DNA from: the human T2T-CHM13v2.0 reference genome, Homo sapiens
Assembly: GCF_009914755.1 (NCBI RefSeq)
Contig: NC_060939.1
Strand: one strand, 5' to 3'
Length of the DNA: 64,000 nt
Shown piece by piece: positions 15,301-29,956 of the stretch. The notes under the pieces are model-generated. The model was not told where the DNA came from. It was given only the letters and a program-made list of their open reading frames with translations, and did not search any database. Every line of letters starts with the position of its first letter. Within the stretch, counting starts at the first letter, position 1. Made by a program: the position numbers and the translations under genes.

Positions 15301-15605
15301 GGCTGGGTGTGGTGGCTCACACGTATAATCTGAGTGCTTTGGGAGGCTGAGGTGGGAGGATCACTTGAGCCCAAGAGTTAAGACCAGCCTGGGCAACATA
15401 TTGAGACCCCATCTTTACAAAAAATAAAAAATTAGGTGGGTATGGTGGCACCTGCCTGTAGTCCCAGCTACTCAAGAGGCTAAGGCAGGAGGATCAGTTG
15501 AGCCTATGAGGTTAAGGCTGCAGTGGGCTGTGATCATGCCAGTGTACTCCAGCCTGGGTGACAGAATGGAACCCTATCTCAAAAAAAAAAAAAAAAAAAA
15601 AAAAA
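15301..15605 (+). mobile_element. AluJ
   Basis: TSD aaagactgattggga. Confidence 0.9.
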
Positions 15606-16030
15606 GGACTGAAAGACTGATTGGGAGTTCTTTGTGGCCAAGACTGGTAGCTTTTAGTGGGAATTTAGGCTGATTCCCAATTGTTATTCCCTACCCCTCT
15701 ATCTTATCTCCTGGTGCAATCATAAATGATGGCTGGAACTACTCCATTCCTCTGGAGATGAAATCTGTGTTCTTTTGCCTGAGGTAGATGTATGTTTGCT
15801 TAGGTTCTGCTTAAGGAGATGTGGGAGAACAGTGTGTTTCAGGGCCTGGAAAATGTGTTCTGTATATAGGCTTTTGTTAATCTGTTTACAGTCTTGCCTA
15901 TCTGTCCCACTTTCTGGGGTACCTAGTGTCTGAGTCTAGAGCCTCTTCAGGGCGCTGTGAGATAAATTTGCCTTCTTGCTGTCAATATCCCCCTAACCTC
16001 CACCTTTGTTGGCTTTGCTCCATTAATTAA

Positions 16031-16707
<677 letters not shown>

Positions 16708-17048
16708 TCACTTTTCCTTCTGTAAGACATCTGCAGCTTGTGTTTTTCACTGAATATCACATGGACTTAATGCATAGAGAGCTGCCTGGTTTTTCATGAT
16801 TGTGCCCACGATTCTGTATAGGGATATAATTTATGAATTCCTAATTTTGAATCATCCTTGCATTTCTATAGTAAACACCGTTAGAATGGATATGGTAATA
16901 CTTTATTTTTGGATTTTTACTTCTATATTAAGTAAGGTTATACTTTGTTTCCTTTTAGGCTCTTATTTCAGTATCAAGGGTATGCAGGGGTGACTTGGAA
17001 AGCTTTACATCTTTTTTCCTAAGATCTAGGGTGTAGATCTAGTTTACA

Positions 17049-17283
17049 CAGTAATTTTCAACTGGAGGAGATTTTTGCCTCCCGTGGGACATTTGGAAAT
17101 ATCTGGAGCCATTTCTGGTTTTCACAACTGGTCATGGTAGGGGTGCTGTTGGCATTTCTTAGGTAGAGGGGATGTCACTAAACATCCTACAACACACAGG
17201 AGAACCCTCCACAAAGAATTGTCTGGCCCAATACGTCAATATTGCTGAGGTTGAGAAACCATGGTTTAAATAAAACTCCAATC
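17049..17283. mobile_element. MER20 DNA transposon relic
   Basis: gggacatttggaaatatctggag...aaacatcctacaacacacagga...gctgaggttgagaaacc. Confidence 0.75.
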
Positions 17284-18945
17284 TGGAGGATGAGTCTTTG
17301 ACTGTCTTTTTCCTTTTTCTATGTATCGGTCTCCAGATTTTCCACTTCTTCAGTTTTAGTAACTGTAGATTCTAAAAAAAAAAAAAAAAAGGATCGCTTC
17401 ATGTATACTTCTAAGCTGTTGCATCATATTCACATGTGGCTATATGCCGTTTTCACTTCAAAAGTTTTCTTTATCTTGATTACTTATCAGAGGCTTGGCT
17501 GTTTTATTAGTCTTGTGAAAGAATCCTCTTTTAGTTTTATTTTTTAAATCTAGTGTTTTCTTTTTCATTTTTTGCTTATGTCTTAATTATTTCCCCTTTT
17601 TATTTTGCTTTTTCTAGTTTAGTGGATTAATGTAATTTAAATTGCTTTTTAAACAAACATGTAAGGGTATACATTTTCTTTGGGTGCTGTTTGAGTTTAT
17701 TGCACAAGTTTTAAAATCTGTTTTCTAAGTAAGTTTATTCCATCATTTGTTCACATTGCCATACTATTAAAACTTTTTATTGTGAGAGATGACATGTATT
17801 AAAAATATGTAAAACATAAGCTTAGTGTAACTCATAATTAGAGTGAATACTTGGGAGCCAACACCTAGCCAGCACCCAGGTGAAGAGAAGGAACATTGCT
17901 CGCACTACAGAAACCTTCTGCAGGCTTCTTCCTGATCACTGTTCCTCTGTGCACTCATCTTTCCTTACATTTCTCTAGTGTTACCACTTATGTATGCATC
18001 CTTGAACAATACAGTGTAGTGTTGCCTATTGCTGAACTTTTGAAAATCATACTGTATGTATTTTTTCGTACCTTTGTTGTGCTTAACATTGTGTGTGAAA
18101 TTTGTTCCTATTGTGTGTAGCTATAGTTCTTTTGCATTGCTGTATTTATTCCATTGTTTGAATACACCCTACCATTTATCCCCTTGACTGGATACAGACA
18201 TGTGGGTTGTTTCCAGTGTTAGGAACAGCGAATGCTGCTGTGATCATTCTTGCTTGTATTTCATGGTACCCCTGTGCCAGCATTTCTCTGGGGCACATAC
18301 TTAGGGGCATGAGGATCAATTTCTTCTTTTACTCAAGAGTTATCTAGGAAAAAAAAAACTTTTTAAAAAGCATTTTCAGATGGCTTTTCAGTTATTTTTA
18401 GTGCATCAATATGGTCAGAGAATATGGCCTGTGACCTTTCAGCTGCATTATCAGTAATCGTTTAGACTTCACTATTGGTGTTACTGCTGTCTTTGCTTCT
18501 TATTGCTGCTCCTTGTATTATGTGTCCTGCTCCCTGCCCCTCAAGTATATCCCTGAATAATATCTGGTTGTTTTTTTTTTTTTTAACCTAGAAAGGGTTT
18601 AAAGGGATGTGCATGGAGAGTGTCCCTTGAATACTTGCTGTCTGTTATTTGTTCAACAAATATCTGACTCTGTATAAAGTATTCCACATTGGTGTGGAGA
18701 ATCTGGAGGTGAACGTACACAGATAATGCTTCCTGTCTTGATGGAGCTAGATATAGAATTCTAAGTTCATAATTGAGTCTATTCCCAGTTCTTTACGCTT
18801 TTATCTTCTGATATTTGTTACAAATGAAAAGTCTGATGCCTATCTCATTCTTAATTCTTTCTGTGTATTTTATTTTTTCTTTCTGGTAGTTGGTATGATT
18901 TTCTCTGTAACTGTAAAGTGTGGGGGTTTTACTTTTCAGTTTTAC

Positions 18946-19238
18946 TTTTTTTTTTTGAAACAGGGTCTTGCTCTCTTGCCCAGGCTAGAGTGCAGTGGTG
19001 TGATCACAGCTCACTGCAGCCTCTACCTTCCTGGGCATAAGCAGTCCTCCCACCTCAGCCTCTTGAGTAGCTGGGACTACAGGTGTGCACTGCCACCGTG
19101 CATGGCTACTTTTTAAAATTTTTTTGTAGAGATGTGTTTTCACCATGTTGCCCAAGCTGGTCTCAAACTTCTGGGCTCAAGTGATCCTCCTGCCTTGGCC
19201 TCCCAAAGTGTTACAGGCATGAGCCACCGTGTCCGGCC
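18946..19238 (-). mobile_element. AluJ
   Basis: Dimeric Alu. Confidence 0.88.
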
Positions 19239-21716
19239 TTCAGTATTCCTATGGGGCTTTCAGAGCCACTTAATATTCTAAAGTCTTTCTTTAGCTCAGC
19301 AGCACTTGTCTCTTTTGTTTCTTTTTATTCCCCTTCATCCTCTGGATGAATGTTAGATCTCTATATCTTCAATGTCCCTTAACTGTTCTCTTACTTACAT
19401 CTCTTCTGTTTTCTCCCCCATCTCCTTTTTTTCTCTGTTCTAAGGAAATGTCACTGTTTGTTTTTCTTAATCATAAATACCTTGTTGGGTCAAGTCCATA
19501 GTACTCTGGCCCTTCTACAAGTGGTTTTTTGGGGGTGGAGGGGATCTTATTTTTACTTTCTAGAATTGTGCTTGCATAGTAATCTGTTTTTTATTTTGTG
19601 GATGCAGTATCTTCCCAATTACTGCTAAAGATCCCAATTAGGTTTTAAAATTCTATTTATTTCCTTCATTAGTAATGCTTCAGATCAATTGTGCTTACTT
19701 GACTTGGCACTTTCAGATTGCTAATTTTCTTCAGCTCTCTGGTGATACCTGGTTATCTCCTCATTTATAGATGAGATATACCCTTGATCAGTATCCATTG
19801 TTGACCTGAGTGTCTTCAGAATTGTCACTCTTTTCTACTGTGGCCTCCCCCTCCTGGTTTGCAGACCTGTGCTCTTCCTATGGCATGAGGATGGGGAGGT
19901 GCTGGCTGGTGAGCTTTCCAGCTCCTGAGCTAAAAGGAAGAGGTGGAGTCTAAGATTTTGCTGCTGCATTGAGTTATACTAAAAACACTCTCTGTCTTTT
20001 CTGTCTGGTTTTGACACTCATAGAGGCCATCAAGATAGGGTTCCTATATAGGAGAGTGATCCTTACCAACTGTAGATGGGACAAGTACAGTAAAGAATGT
20101 CTGATTCTTCTGAAAAAAAGTGGTCCCTGCATTATTTGGATTGAGTCTGTGACTTTCTCAAGCCCAGCAGTCTGATTCCATCTCCTTTGTATCTTCCAGC
20201 ATGTCCTTATAGTTTTAGTTCACTAAGGGTATTCTCCTTGTATTTGTTTTTCTGCTACTGCGGCAGACCTACTCTTTTTTTATAAAATTCTGTCATTTCA
20301 GTGGGGTTTTGAAAAGAGGACCAGGCCACATCTTGAAATGAAATCATCTTAGGGTTTCCCACGATTAACTCACTTTTTGTTTTGATTAAATTACTTCCCC
20401 TTTTTGAGGTGATGGGGGCTCAGTTTTCTCATTTTAAAATGAGGGATAGTAACTGGGCTGATGGTGACAGACCCAGATGCATGTGAGAATCACCTCAGAG
20501 AGCTTTTGAAAAACAGATTCTCTGGGTAGGCTTTGAAATTGGCATTTCGAAAATGCTCTTTCAATCGTTGATGCAACCAAACTCTTTGGGAGTTTTAGGC
20601 TAGGTATATAGTCTTTAGATACCCAGAATAGTTTGATTTGGAATATAACAATTTAGGGAAATGAAAAAAGGGAGAATTACATTTTGGAAGCTGCTTGCTT
20701 CCATTTTCCATTAGTTTTTAGAAGACAATGTGTCTAAAGAGATGCAGATTTAAAGGAAATACAAGTTAATTCTGCATGGGTATGTTTACATGGAATTCTC
20801 CAGCTGACTAATCCAGAAGAGTTCTAATACCCTCTGTGATCATGGGTTTGTTTTTCTTGAGAATTATTCCATCAGAGTGTCTAATAACAGATGCTTAGAT
20901 ACTGCCGAGACCTTTGTTGGTCTTACTTGATCTCTGGATCCTGGTTTCGTGATCTTTTACATATTCTGTGTTCTAACCTGAACTGGCCTTCATGGTTAAA
21001 GATGCATGTATAAACAGTGTCCTGGCGAGGGCTTACCTTTTGAACTTTGTCAAAAATGGATATGAAAGTCCTTCCTAAAACCCCATCAAATTCATTTCTG
21101 AACTTGATAAATTGTAAATTGTGTAAATTGGTTAAGTTGTGTCTTGTAGGGAAGTATTTTGTTGTAAAATGTTTTTAAAAAGAAAATTTGCTTTTTAGTG
21201 AGGTGGTAATCATTTCATAATTCTTAGTTTTGTGAAATGTCTATTATCAATAACACATCTGACTGTTCAAAATGTAAGGCAATTGAATTTATGTAAATGA
21301 TTCAGGCTTTCCAAAGTTAAAAAGGGAGCTATTTTAAGGAATCGGTAGTTTGGGAGATTTTATTTTAAATAAGCCATTGATCTTATGCATATAGCCATAT
21401 AAGTAAAATGTTTTCTTATTTTAAATTAGATTATGTTTTAACATTTTTTTCTGTTTTGCTTTATATTTGATTGCTTTTCTTTGTTCCTAAGGCAGCCATT
21501 AAGTTGAATTGTTCAAAATTGTTTCATTTTTAAAAGCTGATAACTTATTTGTTAGTCAAAGCTGGATTTAAAGATAAACATTTTAATTTTAATAAACTGT
21601 CTGGTAGTGGGACTCCAGTGACAGATGTTTGAGAGTTTGTGGCACCAGTCTTCTAATGTACTCAGCCTGTGCATATTTGTTCTGTATAGCCCTGGCAGAT
21701 TCTTTCTCTGTTTCAG

Positions 21717-21776
21717 AATGGGACAACAGAAGAAGTGACTTCAGAAGAAGAGGAAGAAGAAGAAGAGATGGCTGAA
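21717..21776 (+). CDS. UBE2Q2: UBE2Q2 coding exon 4 (NGTTEEVTSEEEEEEEEMAE), acidic linker, phase 0-0
   Basis: tttcag| ... |gtaggt, 60 nt, GAA-rich. Confidence 0.95.
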
Positions 21777-22200
21777 GTAGGTATTTTATATAAAAGAAGA
21801 GTTCATAAATTTCTTCATTTTTGAACATTTGAGTAATTCTCAAATCTTTTTTATAGACTACTATTAATGTGGAATAATTGAAAGCACATTGTGTTTGGAA
21901 TGGAATATAATTTCCCAACTCTGGCTTTACCTCTAACTAATGATATGCCTTTGAGCAAATTTATCTGAATTCTTTGGATTTGATTTCCTGGAAAACAAAA
22001 GCTTTTAACATTTAGCACCAAAATTATATTTATGTTTAATACTAATCAGTACTTAATCTGTATTTGGTTATTTTTAGGAAGAGGAACTACTAAGTTTAAA
22101 AAATTTTATGTTTGCATAAAAGGAGAATTTGAGAACATTTTAGGGACTACTCGCCAGAAGTAGTGAAACTGTCTCTTGTTGAAAAATCATCAAAGAATTT

Positions 22201-22541
22201 TGTCTTAATCTGGTTTACACTATTTTAACAGAATACTGGAGACTGGGTAATTTATAAAGAACAGACATTTATTTTCTCACTGTTCTGAAGGCTGGGAAGT
22301 CCAAGATCAAGATACCAACATTGGGTGTCTGAGGACCTTCTTGTTGCATCCTCACATGGTAGAAGGCAGAAGGGCAGGAGAGCAAGCTAGTCCATTGTGT
22401 GAAGCCTCATTTGTAAGGGCCTTAATCCCATTAAGGAGGAAGGAGCCCTCTTGGCTTAATCACCTCTTAAAGGTCCTACCTCTTAATAGCATCACATTGG
22501 CAACACCTGCATTTTGGAGGGAGCACATTTAAATCATAGCA
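22201..22541 (-). mobile_element. MaLR LTR (MST/MLT1A-like)
   Basis: gactgggtaatttataaagaacaga...gctgggaagtccaagatcaa...aatcatagca. Confidence 0.75.
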
Positions 22542-22845
22542 AATTTAGTAGAGTGCATTCCAAAGACATTGAGCTTAGGCCAGTTGTCAGTCATGGATAT
22601 AATTTTAGATGTTTTCAAGCTCTGAAGCTCTGCATTTAAATTCAAACTTCAGAACAAAGATCTTTGTTTCTGCGTTGACCAAATAGAGGATATGTGAATT
22701 CCATGGTCTTGATTTAAAAAAAAATTTTTTTTTCTGTTTTGGGTCTTATAATTATGCTTTTATTTTCTTGATTTGGAAATTTTTAATCTAAAATGTGCTT
22801 TTAGAATGCTTCAGAACTAAAGAAGCAGTGTTGTAGGCTTGTTTT

Positions 22846-23137
<292 letters not shown>

Positions 23138-23619
23138 CTGTAGGCTTGTTTTATGAGTCTGGGAGTAAAATACTCTTAAAACTGTCAAGTTAGAATGAGA
23201 GTTTAATGTTTTTATGCAGTTTAGCTTAGGTGGAATAAACTGCATGAAAACATTAAACCTTTTTTGTGCGCCCAGTTTACCATGAAGCAGCCATTGTACT
23301 AAAGTTCATGAACTTTTTCTTTTTCCCCTCATAAGATAATAAACAAGGGGCCGCAACATGGAGGGAAACCTAGAAAGGTAGACTGGACTTTGGAGATGTC
23401 AGATTAGGACAAGTGGAAAGAAGATATTCTAGGCTCCTAAAATAATATGGGAACAGGCTCAGAACAACCTTGGACATAGTGTGTTTGAGTTCATTGGATA
23501 CTTTTCTTTTGAGGAGGGTTGATGGGTGGAAGTCATGAAAAAACAAGATTGGCTAGAAAAGGCAGATGGTTAAAAGTCTTGAATTCGAGACAGGTGTGTT
23601 TCTATTTGGTGTGATTATT

Positions 23620-24588
23620 TGAAGGGGTGGGTTGCCCCTCCACACCTGTGGGTGTTTCTCGTTAGGTGGAACGAGAGACTTGGAAAAGAAAAAGACACAG
23701 AGACAAAGTATAGAGAAAGAAATAAGGGGACCCAGGAAACCAGCGTTCAGCATATGGAGGATCCCGCCAGCCTCTGAGTTCCCTTAGTATTTATTGATCA
23801 TTTGTAGGTGTTTCTCCGAGAGGGGGATGTGTCAGGGTCACAAGACAATAGTGGGGAGAGGGTCAGCAGACAAACACGTGAACAAAGGTCTTTGCATCAT
23901 AGACAAGGTAAAGAATCAAGTGCTGTGCTTTTAGATATGCATGCACATAAACATCTCAATGCTTTACAAAGCAGTATTGCTGCCCGCATGTCCCACCTCC
24001 AGCCCTAAGGCGGTTTTTCCCTATCTCAGTAGATGGAACGTACAATCGGGTTTTATACCGAGACATTCCATTGCCCAGGGACGGGCAGGAGGCAGATGCC
24101 TTCCTCTTGTCTCAACTGCAAGAGGCATGCCTTCCTCTTATACTAATCTTCCTCAGCACAGACCCTTTACGGGTGTCAGGCTGGGGGACGGTCAGGTCTT
24201 TCCCTTCCCACGAGGCCATATTTCAGACTATCACATGGGGAGATACCTTAGACAATACCTGGCTTTCCTAGGCAGAGGTCCCTGCGGCCTTCCGCAGTGT
24301 TTGTGTCCCTGGGTACTTGAGATTAGGAAGTGGTGATGACTCTTAAGGAGCATGCTGCCTTCAAGCATTTGTTTAACAAAGCACATCTTGCACAGCCCTT
24401 AATCCATTTAACCCTGAGTTTGACACAGCACATGTTTCAGAGAGCATGGGGTTGGGGGTAAGGTCAAAGATTAACAGAATCTCAAGGCAGAAGAATTTTT
24501 CTTAGTACAGAACAAAATGGAGTCTCCTATGTCTACTTCTTTCTACACAGACACAGTAACAGGCTGATCTGTCTTGCTTTTCCCCACA
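23620..24588 (-). mobile_element. HERV-K(HML-2) solo LTR (LTR5/LTR5_Hs-like), 969 bp, full length
   Basis: Minus strand begins TGTGGGGAAAAGCAAG and ends ...GGGGCAACCCACCCCTTCA; 6-bp TSD ATTATT (23614-19, 24589-94); TATAAAA and AATAAA intact. Confidence 0.95.
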
Positions 24589-24917
24589 ATTATTGATAGG
24601 AAGGCCTTAAGCAGGGAATAGTGTGCTGAGGATATTGTTTGAGAAAGATAATGTTGAATTCTGTTTGGGATGTGCTGATTAATACTCAGAAAAAGAAATT
24701 TCGTGGATGGGAACATGACTGAGGTTGAAGGTATAGGAGGAAATACAGGCTAAAGGCATTTGTGAGAATTGTAAGGAAAACATGTAGGATGGAAGATCAG
24801 GGCTGAAAGGTGCACACAGGGAGAAGGGAGCTCAATGAAGTATGGAGTCATGGGCAGAGTTTGAGTGAGAACAGAACGTTATAGGGCTTGAAGAGATGGC
24901 ATTCCAAAAAGGAGGCC

Positions 24918-25010
24918 GGGGAGGTGAAGGCTGCAGTGAGCCGAGATCTTGTCACTGTACTCCAGCCGGGGCAACGGAGCGAGACTCCATCTCAAAAAAT
25001 AAAAAAATAA
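24918..25010 (+). mobile_element. 5'-truncated Alu (3' third only)
   Basis: TSD ccaaaaaggaggcc both sides. Confidence 0.85.
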
Positions 25011-25300
25011 ACCCAAAAAGGAGGCCTATTGAATGGATAGAAGGTAGTGATTAACCTGGTCTAGAAATCAGTGAATTAGCCTGCTTGGGGAAAAAAAAAA
25101 AGCCGAGATGCGTATAAACTACTCCTTTAGAGATTTTGGCAATTGAAGTAGAGAAATAAGGTAATTGCAAAAAGTTAGGATTTAAATTCTGCATAGATTT
25201 ATATATGTGTAAGAACAGATAGTACGGGAAAGAAGGGAGCAGAATGATGTGAATAAAGATATTGGTCTAGGGGTATTCAAATTCTTTGTTTTCTTTTCCT

Positions 25301-25430
25301 TTTTTTTTTTTTTTTTTTTTGAGATAGAGTCTTGCTCTGTCACCCAGGCTGGAGTACAGTAGCATGATCATAGCTATCTGCAGCCTCAAACTCCTGGGCC
25401 CACATGATCTTCCTATCTCAGCCTCCTGAG
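25301..25430 (-). mobile_element. Alu right-arm fragment
   Basis: Long poly-T, gtcacccaggctggagt. Confidence 0.8.
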
Positions 25431-26193
25431 GACCTGAGATAAAATTCTTTTTCTAACTTTTTTTCTAGTTATAAACGTCAATAGATGCTTACTACATAAA
25501 ACTTGGAAATTAGGGGAAAGCATTAAATGCCTCCAGAGATAACTAAGATTAACTGAAATTAACATTTCAATGTAAGTTCTTCTGGTCTTTCTTTTTCTGT
25601 GCTTATTTCAGCGTAACTGAAATTCTTTCTATTCTTTTTTGTATTGTTTTTCATTTTAAAGTTTTTCGTTACAGGAGAAATTAGGCTATGTTAGTATTTC
25701 AGTGGCCTCTTAATATTTTGCTATTTTGCACATGCAGATTTTGTGTTTATTTTTGTGGCTGCAAGGTTGAAATAGGTATCCTTATGCCTAAATTAGTGTT
25801 TATAGTTTAAACTAGTTTCTTAGAATACAATTCTAGAAGTTGAGTTTCTGGAACAAACTAGGAACACTTAAGGTTCTTGACACCTGCTGCTAAACTGTTT
25901 TAAAGGTTCCTCTTAATAGGAGATTTAGAAGATGGCTTATTTGGTAATAGTTATGATTTTGTAAAGCTTTTAAATCTGCTTTACCCAGAGTCTAGATTTT
26001 AAATAAAATATAGGATATAAAAGGTGGGAGCCTCTTGAATGGAATGTGGGGGCTTTTTCTCTCTCCCTATAGGATAGTTACATTTTGTTTCTTGTTCCTC
26101 ATTTGAGTCAAGAATAATTTAATGTTATTTTGGCATAAGAAACTGCTGAAGAAAAATAGGTTGAATAAGCTAACATTTTTCGTCTCTTTGTAG

Positions 26194-26334
26194 GATATAG
26201 AAGACTTAGATCACTATGAGATGAAGGAAGAAGAGCCTATTAGTGGGAAAAAGTCAGAGGATGAAGGAATTGAAAAAGAAAATTTGGCAATATTAGAGAA
26301 AATTAGGAAGACTCAAAGGCAAGACCATTTAAAT
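26194..26334 (+). CDS. UBE2Q2: UBE2Q2 coding exon 5 ([47 protein letters not shown]), phase 0-0
   Basis: ctttgtag| ... |gtaagt, 141 nt. Confidence 0.96.
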
Positions 26335-26474
26335 GTAAGTGTGTGTAGATATCTAGAACCTGGACTTTTGTGGTTAAATAATTGTAGTTAATACCAGGCA
26401 ATTCATTAACATGCCCATCTCAGCTGCCCTCTTCCTCCATTTCTGCCTTAGTGGTGGATTCAGTCATGTGTGTT

Positions 26475-26760
26475 TTAAAACAGGGTCTTGCTCTGTCGCC
26501 TAGGCTAGAGTGCAGTGGCACAATCATAGTTCAGTGTAGTAGCCTTGATCTCTCAGGCTCCAGTAATCCTGCTGCCTCAGCCTCCCAAGTAGCTTGGACT
26601 ATAGGCACATGCCACCATGCCAGGCTAGTTTTTTTTATTTTTAGTAGAGATGAGGACTCTCTGTTGCCCAGGCTGGTCTTGAACACCTGAGTTCAAGTCA
26701 TCCTCCCATCTTGGCCTCCGAAACTACTGGGATTACAGGCATGAGCCACCGTGCCTAGCC
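26475..26760 (-). mobile_element. AluJ, ~140 bp downstream of exon 5
   Basis: Dimeric Alu. Confidence 0.88.
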
Positions 26761-27028
26761 TTAGTCATATGTTTTGTTGCTGTAGATTACGTTTCTTATC
26801 TATAGATAGCCACTTTTTACCCTGTTCATCTGCTCTTCATATCCTGGAACCACCTGCTGATCCCTGTATTTGCCCCTTCCCGGCCTGTTTATGCTGTTTT
26901 CTCTGCTTACCTTCCTCTCATGGGATCTGTATATTCAAATTCATCCTCTCCGACAAAATACAATTCAAGTTCTTTCTCCTTCGTGAAGCTGACTTTGGTC
27001 TGTCCTGCTCTGACCCAACCAAAAGTAA

Positions 27029-27371
<343 letters not shown>

Positions 27372-28546
27372 TGAAGCAGCAGGATGTGAAAAGAACACTG
27401 AGTCTGGTGACAAACACACAATTTATGGTTTCACTTTCCTCAGCTCTAAAATATGGCTAGACAGTACATACCTTTTGGATGATTGCTATCAAAAATAAAT
27501 GAAAATGATGTGTGTATATATATAAAATGCTCAGAGTAGGGAAACATCAAATGATTGTCTGAACACTTACTACTTTTTGCCTTGTGTTAGAGCTATTGAC
27601 CAACTCCGTGAAATCTGAGTAGCAGTTACTTTGTCTTGGGCACAGGTTCCCCAAAACAGGGAATGAATTGTTAGGTAAGTAGATGCCAAATGTTGAAAAC
27701 AGGTAGATTACTCTCCCTCCTTCAGTCTAATTTATATATTAATCTAATTTATAATTTTTAGTAGAGCAAAGAAATTTAGTCAAGCCCCCATATCTTGATT
27801 ACTTAAAAAACAAAGTTTGTCATTTGAATTAATGATGACTGTACTTTATGTCTTGTGATCGATTCCAGTTTGAGTTATAGTCAAAACAACTATAAGTTAC
27901 TGAACACTTTTGCATGATGGATACTATGCCAAGTACTTTATACTTCACATATCTTCACATTTAGTCTTCATAGCCACCGTGTGAAATAGGTATGCTTCAT
28001 ATTTTAGAGATAGGAAAAACTTCTCATATTTTGTAGATATGAAATGAGCTAGGAAACTTGATTTTTTCCCCCCTTCAAAGTATAGTGCAATGTTTAAAAT
28101 CTTTAATTTCACGTGACCAAAAAATAGTTCCGTTTGTATTTAGTCTTATGATAAGATATTGATGTGTTTTCATCTTTAGAGATGTCCCTGCACTGAAAAA
28201 CTGAAACCAGTCGCATGTAGGCAGATGTTTCTCAGTGTCTTAATGTGCGAACTAGACCATCTGTGTAATATTCTTGTTTGTAGTCTTATGAATGGAACTC
28301 TATTTTAGTAAATAATGTGTCACCTTGAGTGTCTTCTAGTATTTTCAAAAATTGCTGGGGTTTGGAATAGACTCATACTGAATTCTTTGTTATTGTGGAA
28401 TCCATGGTGGTCTGGACATGTTGGCTAGACTTTTTCACATGAGAAGAAATAGGAAATGAACTAGACTTGTGCCTAGTTTTAATATCCTCTTGAAACTTCA
28501 TAATGCTTCATTTAATTGGGCTTTTTTTTACTTCTTAAAATGTTGA

Positions 28547-28852
28547 GGTTGGGCACAGTGGCTCATGCCTGTAATCCCAGCACTTTGGGAGGCCGAGGCA
28601 GGCAGACCACGAGGTCAAGAGATTGAGACCATCCTGGCCAACATGGTGAAATCCCGTCTCTACCAAAAAAAAAAATACAAAATTTAGCTGGGCGTGGTGG
28701 TGCGCACCTGTAGTCTCAGCTACTTGGGAGGCTGAGGCAGGAGAATCTCTTGAGCAGGGAGGCGGAGGTTGCAGTGAACTGAGATTGCGCCACTGCACTC
28801 CAGCCTGGGTAACAGGGCTAGACTCCATCTCCAAAAAAAAAAAAAAAAAAAA
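28547..28852 (+). mobile_element. AluS (Sc-like)
   Basis: TSD aaaatgttga. Confidence 0.9.
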
Positions 28853-28956
28853 ATGTTGAGTGGTGATCCATTTTTGCTGTAATCTTTTAGATCAGGTTGA
28901 AATATCTTAAATCTTAGCTCAGCAGACCCTGGTAAACAGTGGCTTTTGTGTTTCAG

Positions 28957-29041
28957 GGTGCAGTGTCTGGGTCAGTGCAAGCTTCAGATAGACTTATGAA
29001 AGAGCTCAGGGACATATACAGATCACAGAGTTATAAAACAG
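28957..29041 (+). CDS. UBE2Q2: UBE2Q2 coding exon 6 ([28 protein letters not shown]-g), start of UBC domain
   Basis: tttcag| ... |gtaagg, 85 nt; contains E2 helix-1 motif RLMKEL. Confidence 0.96.
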
Positions 29042-29607
29042 GTAAGGATCTCTGGATCCCTGCTCTCTTTATGATTCTTCTGCTCTTTTCTATTGTCAGA
29101 TTATAAATGTCATTTCTTAAAACTGGACAGAAATGGAAATGTTTACTAGCTTTATTTCAGGAATGTGAAACTCAAATGCAATCAAGTTCCAAAAGATGTA
29201 GGAGTAAAATAGGATGAGTTTACTTGTCTTTTGGATTTTTAAAAAATGTTTTTATAGGTCCATTGGAATTTTGTCCTCTTCTTGATAAACAGTGAACTCT
29301 TACATGATTTTTATCTTCTGGGGAAAGCATGAGCGATATTGCTTGGAAAGTAAATAAGAGTAAAACATTTCATTTTACAGAGAATAATTGCCAAGTTGAT
29401 TTTTATGATTCCCCCCCATTTTTGAAAGCAAGATAATCAGCTTTTATTGTAAAGATAGTTATGTTATTACCTTTAAAATATATAAGTTTTTAAAGTTTTC
29501 ATTTCCTTGTTTGACGAGTATTCTTACTCAATATGACTTGAATGTTATGGAACCTCTCTAACTAGAGGTAAAATTCTCATATTGTTATGGAGATTCTAAT
29601 AGTATTA

Positions 29608-29956
<349 letters not shown>

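Noticed and set aside
23941-24336. 131-aa ORF
   Set aside because: Lies wholly within the antisense strand of the HML-2 LTR; no retroviral protein motifs seen
23620-24588. SVA element (SINE-R resembles this LTR)
   Set aside because: No CCCTCT hexamers, VNTR or poly(A); has TG...CA termini and a 6-bp TSD typical of a solo LTR
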